Assembly (NCBI GenBank): GCA_010093815.1
Contig: ML996567.1
Direction: 5' to 3' (one strand)
DNA length: 64,000 nt
Source of the DNA: Pseudovirgaria hyperparasitica
Taxonomy: Eukaryota
Part shown: positions 35,238-49,039 of the stretch, one piece after another
Layout: every line of letters starts with the position of its first letter
Position numbering within the stretch: position 1 is the first letter of the stretch
Program-made: the position numbers and the translations under genes
Notes under the pieces: model-generated
Told to the model about the DNA's origin: nothing
The model's input: the letters and a program-made list of their open reading frames with translations, nothing else
Databases searched by the model: none

Positions 35238-37655
35238 CTACCACGGGAACATGCACTTGTGGACCAATAACCTGTGGCCCAGGGTATCATACTCCTTCAT
35301 TGTGATCCAACTGTCGTTTCCGTTGGGGCTAAGCTTCCCAAACACACTGCCTCCTTTCCAAACGACGACCTGAGGATCCAGCTCCCTAGGCGGCGGACCT
35401 ATCAAGATTTCTTTCTGGAAACCAGGCTTGAGCGCACGCAGTCGATCTTCGAGCACAGTACCGAACCCGGGCATAGCACCGCCGCCGCCGATGAGCATAA
35501 TGCCTCCAAAGAAGTCTCGCATTTTGCGCTCGTCGCCACGAGCTCCTTGCGTTATTGATGCAATTATAGCCATGTCAAGTGGCATGACTGGTAGAGTCTT
35601 GTCCCTCTCTTCAGCGGCACGGATCTTTTCTAGGGTAGGGTCAAAGAATATTTTGCCTGCATCAGTGGCGTCATTTGTTGCATCAACTGCTGAGGACGCG
35701 CCAGCTTGTTGTGGTGTGCCTTCCGGTGCTGGAGATCCGGCGATTGACGAGCGAGGAGTGTTTTCAACTTCGTTGAGGCGAGAGAGAAGACTAAAGTGGG
35801 CTTGACGGCTCGGCGTAGAGGTTACAGCAGCCGCTGCTGAAGTCTCTGTTGTTGATTGTGTACCATTTTCTGTCATATTTGAGTATTTCTCAGCTGCAAA
35901 TTGTATGACTGTGGCTTGCGCCGGGGACAGTGGGTCATTGGGCGATCCATCGTATAAATCATATGAACGGTCAATCAACTTCCGGCGACACTCTAGCTTC
36001 TTTGTGTGATCAAAAATTGTAGGTCGAAAGAAGCCCTTTCATTGTCAGCGTGATTTGTAAAGAGTGACGAACAGCTTACCAGAGGCGCCAACATGACTTC
36101 GTCGTATGTTCTAAATTCGTATTTCCTCGTATCCTGTCCAAAGGCTCTAAGATGGAACTCCCAGCCATGAACGGTTATATCCTGTTCTTGCATGGTGCAA
36201 AACTTTCTTTTCAATTCCTCTGCCAATAGGAAGTCGTAACGCCGCCTGAGATTGATATCTCTATACGGAAATTGATCATGTAGCATCATCCTAACGAATG
36301 TTTCGGTGACATCTGCACCGCCGTACTTCATATTGATTCGCGAGTCTTCAGCACAAAGTCCTTCGTCTACGCAGCAAATGGAAGTTTTCTGATGTCCTAT
36401 ATCGACGATGCAGGATATGGAGTACCCAGCGCCGAAAGTAGCCGAAAGACTTTCCTGTTGAAAGCAGACGCGCCCAAATCCAAGGTCTCTGATCAGTATG
36501 CTGAGTACCGTCTGAACATAAGTCCGTTCGTAGAGATCCGGTATTATGAAGACACAGCTATACTGTGCCCAATCTTTCCGGTGCGATAAACCAAGTAGGT
36601 TATTGATACTTTCTTCCAGTATTGTCGTGAAATCGTTGTATAACAGGTTCTTGTTTGCATAGTCGACTTCGTTGAAACAACCGTTCCGTATGGGCCAGAA
36701 AAGTTTGTACCGGGGCTTCGAGCCTTCAGGTATCCGTAAAGCGGCTTCTCCAGTGATATATTCGGGTGGCTGTTTGGAAGGGATCTCGGTCCACTCTATG
36801 CGGTGTGGATCGTTATGCTCCGTGATGACGTCGGGTTCATGCCTCTTGTTGAAATTGAGGACCAACTCCTTAGAGTTTGGTAAGAGCCTCCTTTTGTTGT
36901 TCCGCATCTGGGTTTTGAGGTCTGCAGACATGCTCGCAAATTCCTTCTTGAAGTCCTCTCCAAACCACTTGTCCATTTTCTCCGGTATCTCGCCATCAAT
37001 TTTGATTCTTTTGGGTGCCGGTTCGCCGTCGCCCTCTTCAGACTCATTCTCCTTCCATTGCCGCGCGATTACCATAGGTACCGTCTTTGGGAGAGCATCG
37101 TTACCAAGTCCTACCCTTAGGTTTTGGCTACCGACATGTATCACTACCAACTTAGATCCGAGAACATCCTGTGAGCCCAGTGCGCCACTCTCCATATCAT
37201 TGATGTCATCTGCTAGCTCTGTAGTATCTACCATATCACCGGTCTGAGCTAGGGCGCCTCGGTCTTTGTTTTCTCGTGCGGTTTGTAGATGTCGTGCGCG
37301 GCTGTCTTCATTCTGTGTTCGGTAGGCAAGGTATTGATCGTCGCGTTTCAAGTATTCACTGGAGGCTATGTTGTTAGCTTATCCCATGGGTAATGCGAAC
37401 AGCGACCCAAGGGGCGGCAGGAGGCAGGGATTAGAGCTTGTTAAGACAGTCGGGGGCGTACGTGTAGTAGTTCTTCTGATTGATCATATTCACTTGCGGC
37501 CATGTCGAGAGGTCCAGACCATTGTCTGTCTTTGCCAATCCTGAAAGACGTTTCGTAAGCTCCTCTGCACGCGCCAGCTAGTCTGCTGGCATAAATGTTG
37601 CTGGAAACATACCCTCTTCCCGCATCATCGCCTTGCCGGATTTCTTGCCCACCAT
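35238..37655 (-). CDS. ARP8: INO80 complex actin-related protein 8; exons 37655-37613, 37540-37462, 37358-36080, 36035-35238
   Basis: MVGKKSGK start, INQKNYYT|EYLKRDDQY, VVIHVGSQNLRVG, VFIIPDLY and PPRELDPQVVVWKGGSVFG. Confidence 0.95.
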
Positions 37656-38140
37656 CTTGAATGCAATGAAGACTTCGAGCCTGGGTCATATGAGGATATG
37701 AGCAGCTCTACTACCAGTTCTAGGTTGTCCACGCTTCAGACTTGTCTGTCCAGCTTCAAACGCGTGCGTCTCGACAATAACACCTAACGGTTAATTACGG
37801 TCGGGTGGAGGTGTATCATGAGCTTATCAGATTCTACCGAACTTTCCCCGGCTCAATCTATTCACGTACGCGATTCGTTACGAATGAGGGAATTAAGCAT
37901 CCTGAATCTGAAGGACATGGAATGTGTGTGCTAGAGCCTCACAATTTATGTATCCATCTTTACGATCTTTTGCGTCTCTCTGGACTGCGAGATTGGGACA
38001 CGCCATCACAGGTAACAGCGCATGTCAGATCTACTCTATGTCATATTTAAGTACCAGTACCCTTTGCTTAGAGCAGGGTATATCATACAACTCTACCAGG
38101 TAAGAGGTTCTGCATAGCTATGTTCAGCTTCAGGACCGAT

Positions 38141-39835
38141 CTAGACATCTTCTTCTACCTTCTCATGCGACGAATCTGAGTCATTCACCGACTGTCTGGC
38201 ATCAACACCCTGATCCTGACCTAATCTTCGCCATTCCACTGTGACAGTACCGATTACAGAGGCGCAACCGAGTCCGACGGCGACATAGAATGTATTAACG
38301 AGGGCATCGTTATAGCCGAAAAGAAGAAGACTCAATTCCTTCCCCGACACCATGTCTCTTATGTTCGTGGCCCCGGTATTAGCTATTTCGCTTGGATCAA
38401 TACTAGGCATTCCTGTAAGATTTTTGACCAAGCTATTCAGAAAGATGGCTTGTCCGATTGGGAGGCAAATGGCTGTACCAAGGAAGCGCACGAAGAGGAC
38501 AAATACAGTCCCGGTCGCGACGTCCGCCCGTCTGAGAACAGTTTGTACGACAACCAAGCCCTGCTGCAAGCCAAGTCCGAGGCCAATTCCGAGAACCACT
38601 TGGTAGCCAATCCATTTAGCAGGACCAGTGCTGGGCTCTAGTGTTGTTAGGAGACCTGCTCCGATGGGCATAAGTAGCGAGCTGGCATAAAAGAAAGGAT
38701 TGTTGTATGGAATCAATTTGGTAAGAATCACCCCAGACCCTACCGAGCAAAGGACTGTTGCAATCATTGTCGGAAGCAGCATGATTCCGGACTTTATGGC
38801 ACTTACGCCCTTGATCGCTTGGAACCACAACGGTAAGTAGAAGACTATGACCTGTGCGGCAGCGCCGTTGCATAATCCGAACCAAGTAGCACCCGCTATA
38901 CTCCGTTGCTTGACAATTCGTGGTGGTAATGTTGCATCTTCCTGTTTCCAGATCTGGATCCCAATGAACACCAGAAACAGGACGACGCTCAGTACGAAGA
39001 GTATAATGATGCGGGCATCATTCCAAGGATATTTGACCCCACCCCATTGCAAGGCCAGTATTAGACAGACGATGGCCGGTAGAACTACGATGGTGCCAAT
39101 TGGATCCAGCTGTTGAACTCTGCCTACGAAGCTAGAAGCTGGAGAGTCAAGCTTCTGCCCTCGCTGGTCGACAAAAAAGAAGGTGACAATAATGGATATT
39201 GCGCCCACGGGAAGATTGATATAGAAACACCACCGCCAGCTAACCTTATCGGTGAAGGTTCCTCCGATTAGTGGTCCCACAACCGACGCAAAACCATATA
39301 CAGCGCCGAACAGTCCCTGGTAGATAGGACGCTCCTGCAATGGAACGACATTGAACAGTATTACCATGACCCCTGAGAAGATCGCTGAAGATCCTAACCC
39401 AGCAATCGCGCGTCCCACGATGAAACTTGGTGAGTCAGGAGCCGCACCGCAGACGACAGATCCGATCTCGAATATGACGCAGGATATCAGAAAGATTGGC
39501 TTCACCGGATAGTACTTGTAAATCTTCCCTGTGAGAAGCTGGAAGCAACACATCGTCAAGATGTAGGCCGTATTATACCAGGACAAATCGTCGAGCGAAT
39601 GAAATTCATCGGTAATCCGAGGCGTTGCTGTAGCTAGAATGTTTTGGTCCTATAGCCACAGATGATCAATACACATGTTGGATAGAGCTTCGATTGGGGC
39701 TATTACCAACGTGACGAGGAACATGGCCAGATAAGCCGCAGACATGATAATTATACGTTTCGACAATCTTGGATATCCATCTTGGGCCTGCTCGGGGATT
39801 GCGTTTCCCTTGCCATTTGAGAGGGCTTGTGACAT
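38141..39835 (-). CDS. 14-TM MFS efflux pump (DHA2 / toxin-efflux type); exons 39835-39707, 39649-38141
   Basis: LD-QNILATATPRITDEFHSLDDLSWY, FEIGSVVCGAAP, GRAIAGLG, WRWCFYINLP and YLPLWFQAIKG motifs. Confidence 0.93.
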
Positions 39836-40507
39836 TGTAATATGGTAAAAAGATTCAATAAGAATGCATAGTAACTTGGAAGGTGAAAAGCTTCTGAAGT
39901 TGGGCTCCCACCTATCTTATATACATTACTCAAGGATGAGCATGAACAAGCACCTCACCCTTGTCCACTGTTTGTATGGTGCTCGGAGAATAGAAAAAAT
40001 ACCTTGCCGACCGAGCCAATATCAAGAGCTAGGAATACTACTATTATTTGATTGGTTGCTATGATTACAATCTCAGTTCAGCCTAGTTTCGGGGCTCGGA
40101 CCGACCAATTTTCTTGGGACACCCGAAGCGACCGTCGCAACTGTCTGTACCCAACACCGAATCAAACAATTTATGCAGAAGCACCATAATGGCAGACTCG
40201 ATCGATCTGAAGAGTTGAGCATCGAATCTTCTATATACCCGCGGGATCTCAAGGTCTGCCTATCGCCGGGCCTCAACTCTCGAACAATCGTCAGCTCTTG
40301 ATATATATTAAAAACACCCGCTCTACTCGCGACAGTACATTCGGACTGACTGCAACAGCCTGGTTTGGATCAAGCCTACAAGCAAAAACTAGGCGCAGTA
40401 CTCTTATGCTTCCAATCACCCAGGTAAGTATAATGAAAAGCTACTCGAAAGTATGACATGTCTGAACGTAAATCTAGCTCCAAATACTATCTCTACGTTA
40501 AGGTACC

Positions 40508-43104
40508 ATGAGTGTCTCAGGTCCTTCAAGCTTCTCATGTTTGCTTTGCCGTCAGCGGAAAGTCAAGTGCAACAAGCAGAGCCCGTGTAGTAACTGTATC
40601 AAAGCTGAGAAACCATGTAACTTCATCGCCCCTGTCCGTGGGACGCGGAAGAAGATCAAGCCGCCAAAGGAAGGTCTCCACGCCAAGCTACAAAGATATG
40701 AGGAGCTCCTGAAGTCTTATGGAGCTAAGATTGAGGCATCAGACGAAGATCATCAGACGGATGCAGAAACCGTAGCCCAGTCTGAAGACTTCGAGATGGT
40801 GGAAGCCCCACAACACCAGAGTGTGACGCAAGCCAGCCCTAGTGCGCATTCGAGGAGGTCCCCGGAGCGACGACCTGAGGCTTTCGAACACGGACCCAAG
40901 CTTGTTACCAAGAACGGAACTTCTCGATACTTCGACAAGTAAGCACTCGATCTTACCCTCTGTTTGTATTTTTGCAGAGATCCTTTGATCGGTTATATCT
41001 TGCGTTGGCTGGTATCTTTCATTGAGATACAACCGCTCAGGTACAAGTCACTAGCCAGTTCGTCAGCTTCGTATTCTCTTTGTTGCCCAAGTCCAGGCCT
41101 TCTTTACCTTCTGCCTCTTCCCCTCGATCTAAACCTGCCCATCACTCATTACGTCATATTCCATATTTCTGGACTCTTATTGTCCCTATCTCGTGTATAT
41201 ATTGGCCTCTACAGAGAAACTAACTTGATCTTCATGTAGTGCTTACTGGGGCAATCTTGGAGATGAGGTAAGCATGCTCCACAGGGACGTACTTTCACCA
41301 TAGTAATAATGGCACAGCTCCAGCATCCCGAAATTGGTAACCTCAAGGAGCCTGTGGAAGATAACAACACGGATGGGACTGAGATATTCTTTCAGCCTGG
41401 ACCAGAGTACAGAATTGAGAATTTAGGTGCACTACATCCGAATGCCCAGGTACTGAGTATGCTGAAAGACATATTCATTGATCGTGTGGATCCGCTACAT
41501 AAGATATATCACGTCCCGACGTTCTGGAATGGGCTGGTCAAGGCCCTCCAACGGCCCGAGAGCTTCTCTAAGAGCTTAGAGGCAGCTGCATTTGCATTCT
41601 ATCTCGCCACAATCTGCTCTATGAGTGAGATGGAAATCCAACGATGTTTTGGTGCACCGAAATCTATCGTAGGGCCTCGATACAGACTTGCTACACGACA
41701 AGCCTTGGTCAGTGCAGGATTCCTTTCAACCTCGAGCCCTGAAACGCTTGGCGCGTATGCCATGTTCATTGTGAGAAACCCAGTTCCATCCCGTATCATA
41801 TACTTACCTCGCAGATGAGCGTCAGAGAGAACCACCGAGCCGACACCCTTTACGTGATGTCTGGTATCTCCATAAGACTTGCGCGCAAGATGGGACTTCA
41901 TCGAGATGGGCTATCTCTGGGTCTTTCGCCCTTTGAGACCGAGATGCGTAGACGGCTGTGGTGGCAACTTGTATACATCGACTTTCGTATGGCCGATGTC
42001 TTAGGCATCAAGCCTTCTCTTGATCTCGATGGCGATACCCAAAAGCCCTTGAACGTCAATGACGATGACCTATACCCAGATATGACGGAGTTTCCTACCG
42101 AGCGAAATGGAATCACCTCAATCACCCTTTGCATGATCAGATGCGAAACAATGGAAAATTTGCGCTCATTGTCTCTTTCCATTCCAGGAGATTCACGCTG
42201 GGAAGCCCTCTCGGGCCCAGCGGTTGCCGTCGAAATGAAGGATGAAACTATTAACAAGCTCGAAGACCATTTGGAAAAAAAATACCTACGTTACTGCGAT
42301 CCTACAAATTCCTTACACACGTTTGCGTCTATAATGTGTCGAGCGACAATCTGCAAGCTTAGGCTACTCGCACACAATCCGCGCCAATTCGCCACCAGCC
42401 GTTTGCCAATACCTAAGGATGAACGAAACATCGTATTCGTGAACGCTAAAAAGCTGCTTGAATATGTTGTGTTTTTACAGCGAGATCCGAACATGGAGAG
42501 ATACCTGTGGCAGATTGGGACTAGCTTTCTCTGGAACACCATGCTTTATGCTCTGATTGAAGCTCGGCACCGCAAGACTGGTCCAGATGTTGACCAAGCT
42601 TGGCAGCTGATCGGATCTGCGTTCTCACATTATCCACAGATCTTTGACGAGTCCAATGCTGCAGCCGTTTACATGGTTGTAGGTAGGTGGGCCTTGCAAG
42701 TTTGGGATGAATATGTCGCAGCTTCGAAGGCTGAGGGTCTGCCAGAGCCTCTTTGTCCAGACTATATCAACAAAATCAGGCAGTGTCACGATCCGATCTC
42801 TGATCCAGACTCGCCCAGCAGGTCAAGGAATGACATGACGCAATCTAAACAGACATCATTCAGCTTTCCGCAAAATCAAGGACAGACATGCAATGATGGA
42901 CTGCACGTAACGGAAAATCTGGACAGTTTTGGCCTGCCTGAACACTTGTCTTTCGAAATGGATTCCGGCGAGTGGCTTCAATGGGACCAATTTCTTGCAG
43001 GACAGGATGGTTTTGTCCAGGACAGCTTCACACAGCTTCCGGCAGCTCAGTGGACTTCTCTTAGGACTTTGACGACATCTGATAGTAGCAATCAGAACAG
43101 CTGA
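40508..43104 (+). CDS. Zn(II)2Cys6 transcription factor with fungal TF middle domain; exons 40508-40938, 41240-41267, 41318-41770, 41815-43104
   Basis: CLLCRQRKVKCNKQSPCSNCIKAEKPC zinc cluster and RLARKMGLHRDG...FETEMRRRLWW motif; a 28-nt microexon (AYWGNLGDE) restores frame. Confidence 0.92.
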
Positions 43105-43661
43105 AAGGGTCCGTCATCTCGATGCATAGAAGATAGAAGGAAAATCGTCGAATGGCTGTTTGCAGTCTTGAACTAGCCAGAGCACGGTACCTGCCAGGCC
43201 GTCTCCTTTGTCTCACACATGCAATTAGATGCATATCCATTGACTCGTACGGCAACTGCATCGCTTGATTAGCACTATTTCGTGCCTTTCCGTGGAGCAG
43301 ATACTTTCGTCGATCTCACGTCATGAGACTCGAGCCTGTCTGTCGCCATATGTAGAAGTCTTTCATCCCAGTCGATCCACAATCACGCCTATCAATCCGA
43401 CGAAGCCTACAGGTGCCCGAACTAGAAACTTTGAAGAACTCGGCGAGACTATGGAGGATGCTACGTCGATGGCATGATGAGTGGGTGGGGATGCGCTATT
43501 AATTAATGTGGACAGACATTTTGCCCCGGCAGTGACACCGAGCACGCAATTTCTGAGAAACTCGGATATTCAACCTCTATCGCTCGTCAACTGGTATCTT
43601 GCGTCGCGTCCTAGGCGTATTCCCAATAAGTCCGACTTAGCAGAAATCTGATGAACAACCA

Positions 43662-45470
43662 ATGATGACATCGGTCATGTTCGAAGGGAACGAACGCACG
43701 AGTATTACAACAACGAGCAGCCGAAGCAAGACTACAAGGACGGGATATCCTTCTCCTCTCCCAGTCCGCATCCCAGTCTTAGATACCCATGATATTGGAG
43801 AGGCTCCTAAGGAAAGGACTGGATCGATACCGACCCCAAAGCGATCAATATGGCGCCAAATAGACGATATGGTCAACTATGTTCCATCGCGCTGTCGCTG
43901 GGATCCGGAGAAGCCGCCGCATTTCAGCATGAGCATGAATTTTATGTTTGCGTTTGCTGGTTGCGTCACATCGGCGAACATGTACTACACCCACCCCATC
44001 TTGAATGTTATGGCTGAGGACTTTGGTGTTGAGTATGAAGAAGTGTCCCAGATCCCAACCGTCATGCAGGCCGGATATGCGGCAGGACTGTTCTTTCTTT
44101 GTCCGTTAGGGGATCTTTTGAGACGAAGAGCCTTTGTGACATGGCTGGTGGCGTTTACCGCAACATTATGGTACGTCATGAGTCTTACCTTTGTTATCTC
44201 TGCTCATAATCTTCGATGGCTGCATTACGATTGATCCGACGGGAGGAACCTATCTCGGATTCGACTAATGATCTAATCATGTTACAGGATCGTTCTGTGT
44301 GTGACCAAGTCTCTCGCTGTTTTTACAGCGATATCCTTCATCACTGCAGTCACCACCGTTACCCCTCAACTCATGGTTCCTCTCGTCGGCGATCTAGCAC
44401 CTCCTCATCGTCGAGCGGCTGCCATCAGCATCGTTGTCTCGGGACTTGTGCTCGGCCTTGTCCTCGCACGGGTCATTGCCGGTACCATCACGAACTGGGT
44501 GTCCTGGCGATACGTTTACTGGATGTCACTCGGACTGCAGTATCTGATCTTCATCTTGCTTTGGCTCTTCATGCCCGACTACCCTTCATCCAATCCGCAA
44601 GGACTGAACTACTTTAAAATGCTTCTTGGTATCCCCTGGCTCTTTCGGTATCCTGTCCTTGCACAAGCCAGCATTGTATCGTTCTTCGCAGCTGCAACAT
44701 ACACGAACTACTGGACAACATTATCATTCCTACTCGCTGGTCCGCCGTACCATTATTCGTCGTTGGTGATTGGTCTCTTCGGCCTCATCAGTATTGCAGG
44801 TATGCTTCTAGTACCTGTCTATGCACGTCTGGTCATCGATCGCTTCGTGCCACTGTTCAGCGTTATCACCGGTGAACTAATGTGCCTGATCGGTATTCTG
44901 ATCTCAACTTACACTGGGACATTTACCGTGGCCGGGCCTATCATGCAGGCATTCCTGAACGATCTTGGCATGCAGATCGCGCAAATCTCTAATCGGAGTA
45001 GCATATACGCCATCAACCACAAGGCAAGAAACCGAGTGAACACAGCGTTCATGGTAGCTACGTTCTGTGGTCAGCTTACTGGCACCGCCGCAGGAAATCA
45101 TATCTACGCTGTTGGAGGGTGGGTGCGTAGCGGAAGTGCAAGCGTAGGTCTAATTGGTGCTGCGCTGGTAGTCTGTTTCTTGCGCGGGCCTTGGGAAGAG
45201 GGCTGGATTGGATGGAGGGGAGGCTGGAGCATATTCAAGAAAGACGCACAGAGTGCAGATGGAAAGACCTCGGAGAAGGCTACCCTCGGAGGGATCAGGG
45301 CCACAGCGGTGGGTGAGAATGGTATCATTGACACGGAACAGGGTAGCTTAGAGAAAGCAGCAGATGAGCTGGATGCAGAGGATAGAACGATCAGAACAAA
45401 TAAAGAGGAGTCGGACAGGGAGATCAATATAGCACACTTGCATGTTGCGAACGATATTCGGAATCAGTAG
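43662..45470 (+). CDS. MFS transporter (bacterial-like family); exons 43662-44170, 44288-45470
   Basis: ANMYYTHPILN, QAGYAAGLFFLCPLGDLLRRR, TVTPQLMVPLVGDLAPP and ARNRVNTAFM; multiple TM segments. Confidence 0.9.
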
Positions 45471-45698
45471 TATAGATTGGGCACGCTAGGCTTCTGGGTG
45501 TATATGCAAAACAAGTCCATATTTACCAACGAAGTCTTGTTTACGTACTACCACGGTATATGCTCAGTAAGTTGAAGTTAATCTTCCTAGCCGTTTTCCA
45601 ATAGTTTGGGTGCTTTACTTCAGTCCTCACATACGCGGTAATTTGAAGCTGCGAAAGGACTTCCCAACCAGAATGCCCTGTAGAGAACACACGTCTGC

Positions 45699-46671
45699 TT
45701 AATAGCTTGCGGGTGTCGTACTGATACAACCCCCATCGAGCATCATAACGCTCCCGCTAACATATCCTCCCGCTCGAGACGCAAGATACAGGATAGCACC
45801 AGCTATGTCCTCCTCCGTTCCTGTGCGCTGCTGAGGTATGAACGACTTTTTGTACTCACGGCCTGTAGATGCTTGTGGAATTCTGACTGTCTGCAGCCGA
45901 TTTTCGGTCATGGCACTCTCGAAAACTGTCTAAGCGTTAGTATGTATACGTCGCTAAGATTTTATTCTTACATCCAGGGGCCAGCGCATTCACACGGATG
46001 TCATATGGAATATACTGTGTAGACATGCTCTTGACCAAGGCCATAGCACCGGCCTTGCAGCTATGTATTGAAACGGAGCACCCACACGCATGAAGGAGAA
46101 GATACTCGCTGTTAATACTATCTGACTCGGACACTGGTAGCCCATGTTGCCTTTCTTGTTACCTGCGTCAAGCAACTCCAGGAATGCGAGCGCTGTATAG
46201 TACGAGCCAGTAGTGTTAACGTGCAAAACGTCGGTGAACACCTCCATAGGTATGTCAAGTTGCACCTTCGCATATTCTGCTATGCTTACTGTAGACGTAT
46301 CGACCCGTGGACATGGTCCTAGCATCCCAGCGTTGGCGACCAGAAGATTGATATAGCCGACTTCGGAGCGGACTTGCTCTGCCATTTGCTTGAGAGAGTC
46401 TTTATTGCTGACATCGCCTTGAAGAGGTATGATGATATCCTCGAATGGGGCCGCAGTCTCCTCGAGGACTTCAAGCCGGCGGCCGGTGATGTATACTTTG
46501 TGGGCACCGTTCGAAGCAAGAGCTCTAGCCATATGGGCACCAATGCCTGTGTATTTTGTGAGATTGTAATGTTTGGAATCGAGCCACAAGCAACCCACCT
46601 GTGCCACCCCCTGTAATTACAGCTACGATTGAGGTAACCTCGAACAGTGTCTGGGCCTTCAATGATGCCAT
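45699..46671 (-). pseudogene. Short-chain dehydrogenase/reductase with an apparent 1-nt frameshift in the YxxxK motif; exons 46671-46599, 46546-45972, 45925-45699
   Basis: TGGGT|GIG cofactor motif, LLVANAG and IRVNALAPG. Only 8 nt separate Tyr TAC (46067-46065) from Lys AAG (46056-46054), so the two halves are in different frames. Could be an assembly error. Confidence 0.75.
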
Positions 46672-49039
46672 CTTGAAACTATAAGAAAGATACTTTAACC
46701 CAGCTATGATTAACAAATTTATATCTCCTATCCGATAAAAAGTCTTGAGAGCATATGTGGGTGAATGTAGGGGACTGCTAAAACTCGTTACTGTCGAAAC
46801 GCTGCTGTCGACTCAATCTACAGCCAACTTAGATATCTTATATCTAGCTGCCAAAATCTTCCAAACGTCAAGGAGTCCGGACATAAGACGCCTTATGTAT
46901 CTGATACAGCGGGGTTGAACAAATCTCTCCGGTCACCGCTCTTAGCCCGCATTTCCACTAAATGGAATCTGAGTAACTTTGTTCGCACTGCATTGCAAAA
47001 GACCAGACAGATGTGAGAACTTATGTGGACAGTTTTCCGTTCCATCCTATCATATCTACCTCCCTAATAGGAGATATTTGGGTAGTCGGAATTTAAGTGA
47101 TCGAGGAATGATGTCACCGTCGCTATCAATGTCGAGAAATGGTACGGGAGATTTGCGTGAACTTTAACACTGAATAACGCGTTAGTTACACTAATATTGT
47201 TAACGTAGAATCATTTAAGGCTTTCTTACTCCGAATTAAGACATAGATGAGTCAATAAGGTGCCATTATGCTCTCATTGCTTCCATCGAGCACCTGTGCG
47301 CTTTGCCTAGAGTAAGGCCACTAGGCCCATGCGGGTTCGGACATGTGCATTTAGTAGTCCTATACTGAAGTCACTAAAAGCGCTGGGTCTACCTATCGCA
47401 ATCTGCCGGCCATGCAGAGGTGGGGACATGGCACGGGGAGTCCGTGTAACGATCACGATGGTTCATCGTGCGGCAGTAGTCCCACTTCATCGGCGTTAAA
47501 AGGTGCTTAATGCAATTATGTGCCCTGAACCATACAATTGAATGCAATTGATTGCCGTGGGCGGTTCGGCTGATAATGTAGGTCAAGTCGCCCACGTCGC
47601 ATTTCCTCAGGGAGAGAAAACTATACACAAGTCGAAATCTAAGATATCAATTATACTGATAGACTGGGGATATCACCACGTAGCCTCTTAATGAGCCGTG
47701 GGCTGACACTCAATGAGACGAACAACTTAGGATACCACCAATCAATGTAAGTTTCACGAAGACCTGGAGCAAACATTGAAAAACTCAAACATACGGGGAA
47801 AACTTATGAAGATAAATTCATCTGCGGCTGCTGTGAAAATGTATTAATCTCCTCGCAGTAGAGAAAGACGTTTGCTAAAGCATATCCCAAAGACCGAAAA
47901 AGTTAGGCTCATCTGAAACATGAAAAAAGGAAGCGCTCAAAGCGTACTCAGCTGACAAGGCGGGACAAGTCACTGTACACAGTTCCTAAAATTCACGTAC
48001 CCACATGAAAAGGTTTTGTAAGGACCTGTTGCATTCCACATTCGGCACGTTTTACATCCAATGTCGATTATACAACAAATGTGTTTGAAGGAATCATGCT
48101 TATGATAGTTGTCTGAAGTATACGGCTACACCAATCCGGACACCGACACGTATGTCACAGTTACACTGGGATATGGTATCATGGTCTTGTTAAAGACATT
48201 CGAGTTCAGAACTCCAAAAAGACAAGATCGCCACCAAAAACTTCTTTATGAGTTTCTATACTGAGATAGAGAACGTTCACCTACATCATCGGCCGAAAGG
48301 AACAGATTCTAGACTCCTGGCTAGGCTGGCTATGGAGACCATCGAGACACAGATCGTAATTCTTCTTACACTAACTGTATTTGAAAGAAGAGGCACTGCA
48401 CGCTTCATATACGGCTACGTTAGCATCATACAGGGATCTCATGCGGTCTTCACTTCAGCCACTAATACGTGGTATGATATGCTTATTATCTGCCCTACCC
48501 TAGCAGTGGCTATGCAAAACTTCATATTGTAATCATACAGATGAGTATACAGGCCGAGTAGATCAAAAGAGAGCCTTTTCACACAAATCCAAGGCTTCAG
48601 GCATCCAAACACCTCACAGTACTAACAAGGATCCTTGCAGAAATCGAAGACGTAAGCCAAGCACAAAACACCCTGCAACATGCACCCCGCAAACGCAAGC
48701 GAGCAACATCCATGAATACCATCCATGTACCATTGCGTAAACTTGTCCAAGTTATACCTTTCTCCTTGCATCATTTGAGAAACCAAGACGATGCTCAGCC
48801 ACGATGATGAATCGCATCCTTTAGCTTTACGATCAGAAGGTGTGGATGATGATCCTGCGGTCCACGACAGTACTGAAGCTGCCGATACTGTCAACTAGCA
48901 TTCTACTGGACAGCCAAGCTAGCTTGTGTATCCTGCAGGGACAACATGACCATCGTACACCATCCCTTGTTGTTACCTTGTAAGCCGCTATACGATTTTG
49001 TGAATATACGGACTGTCCAATGATTAGCTGTCAAGTTGC

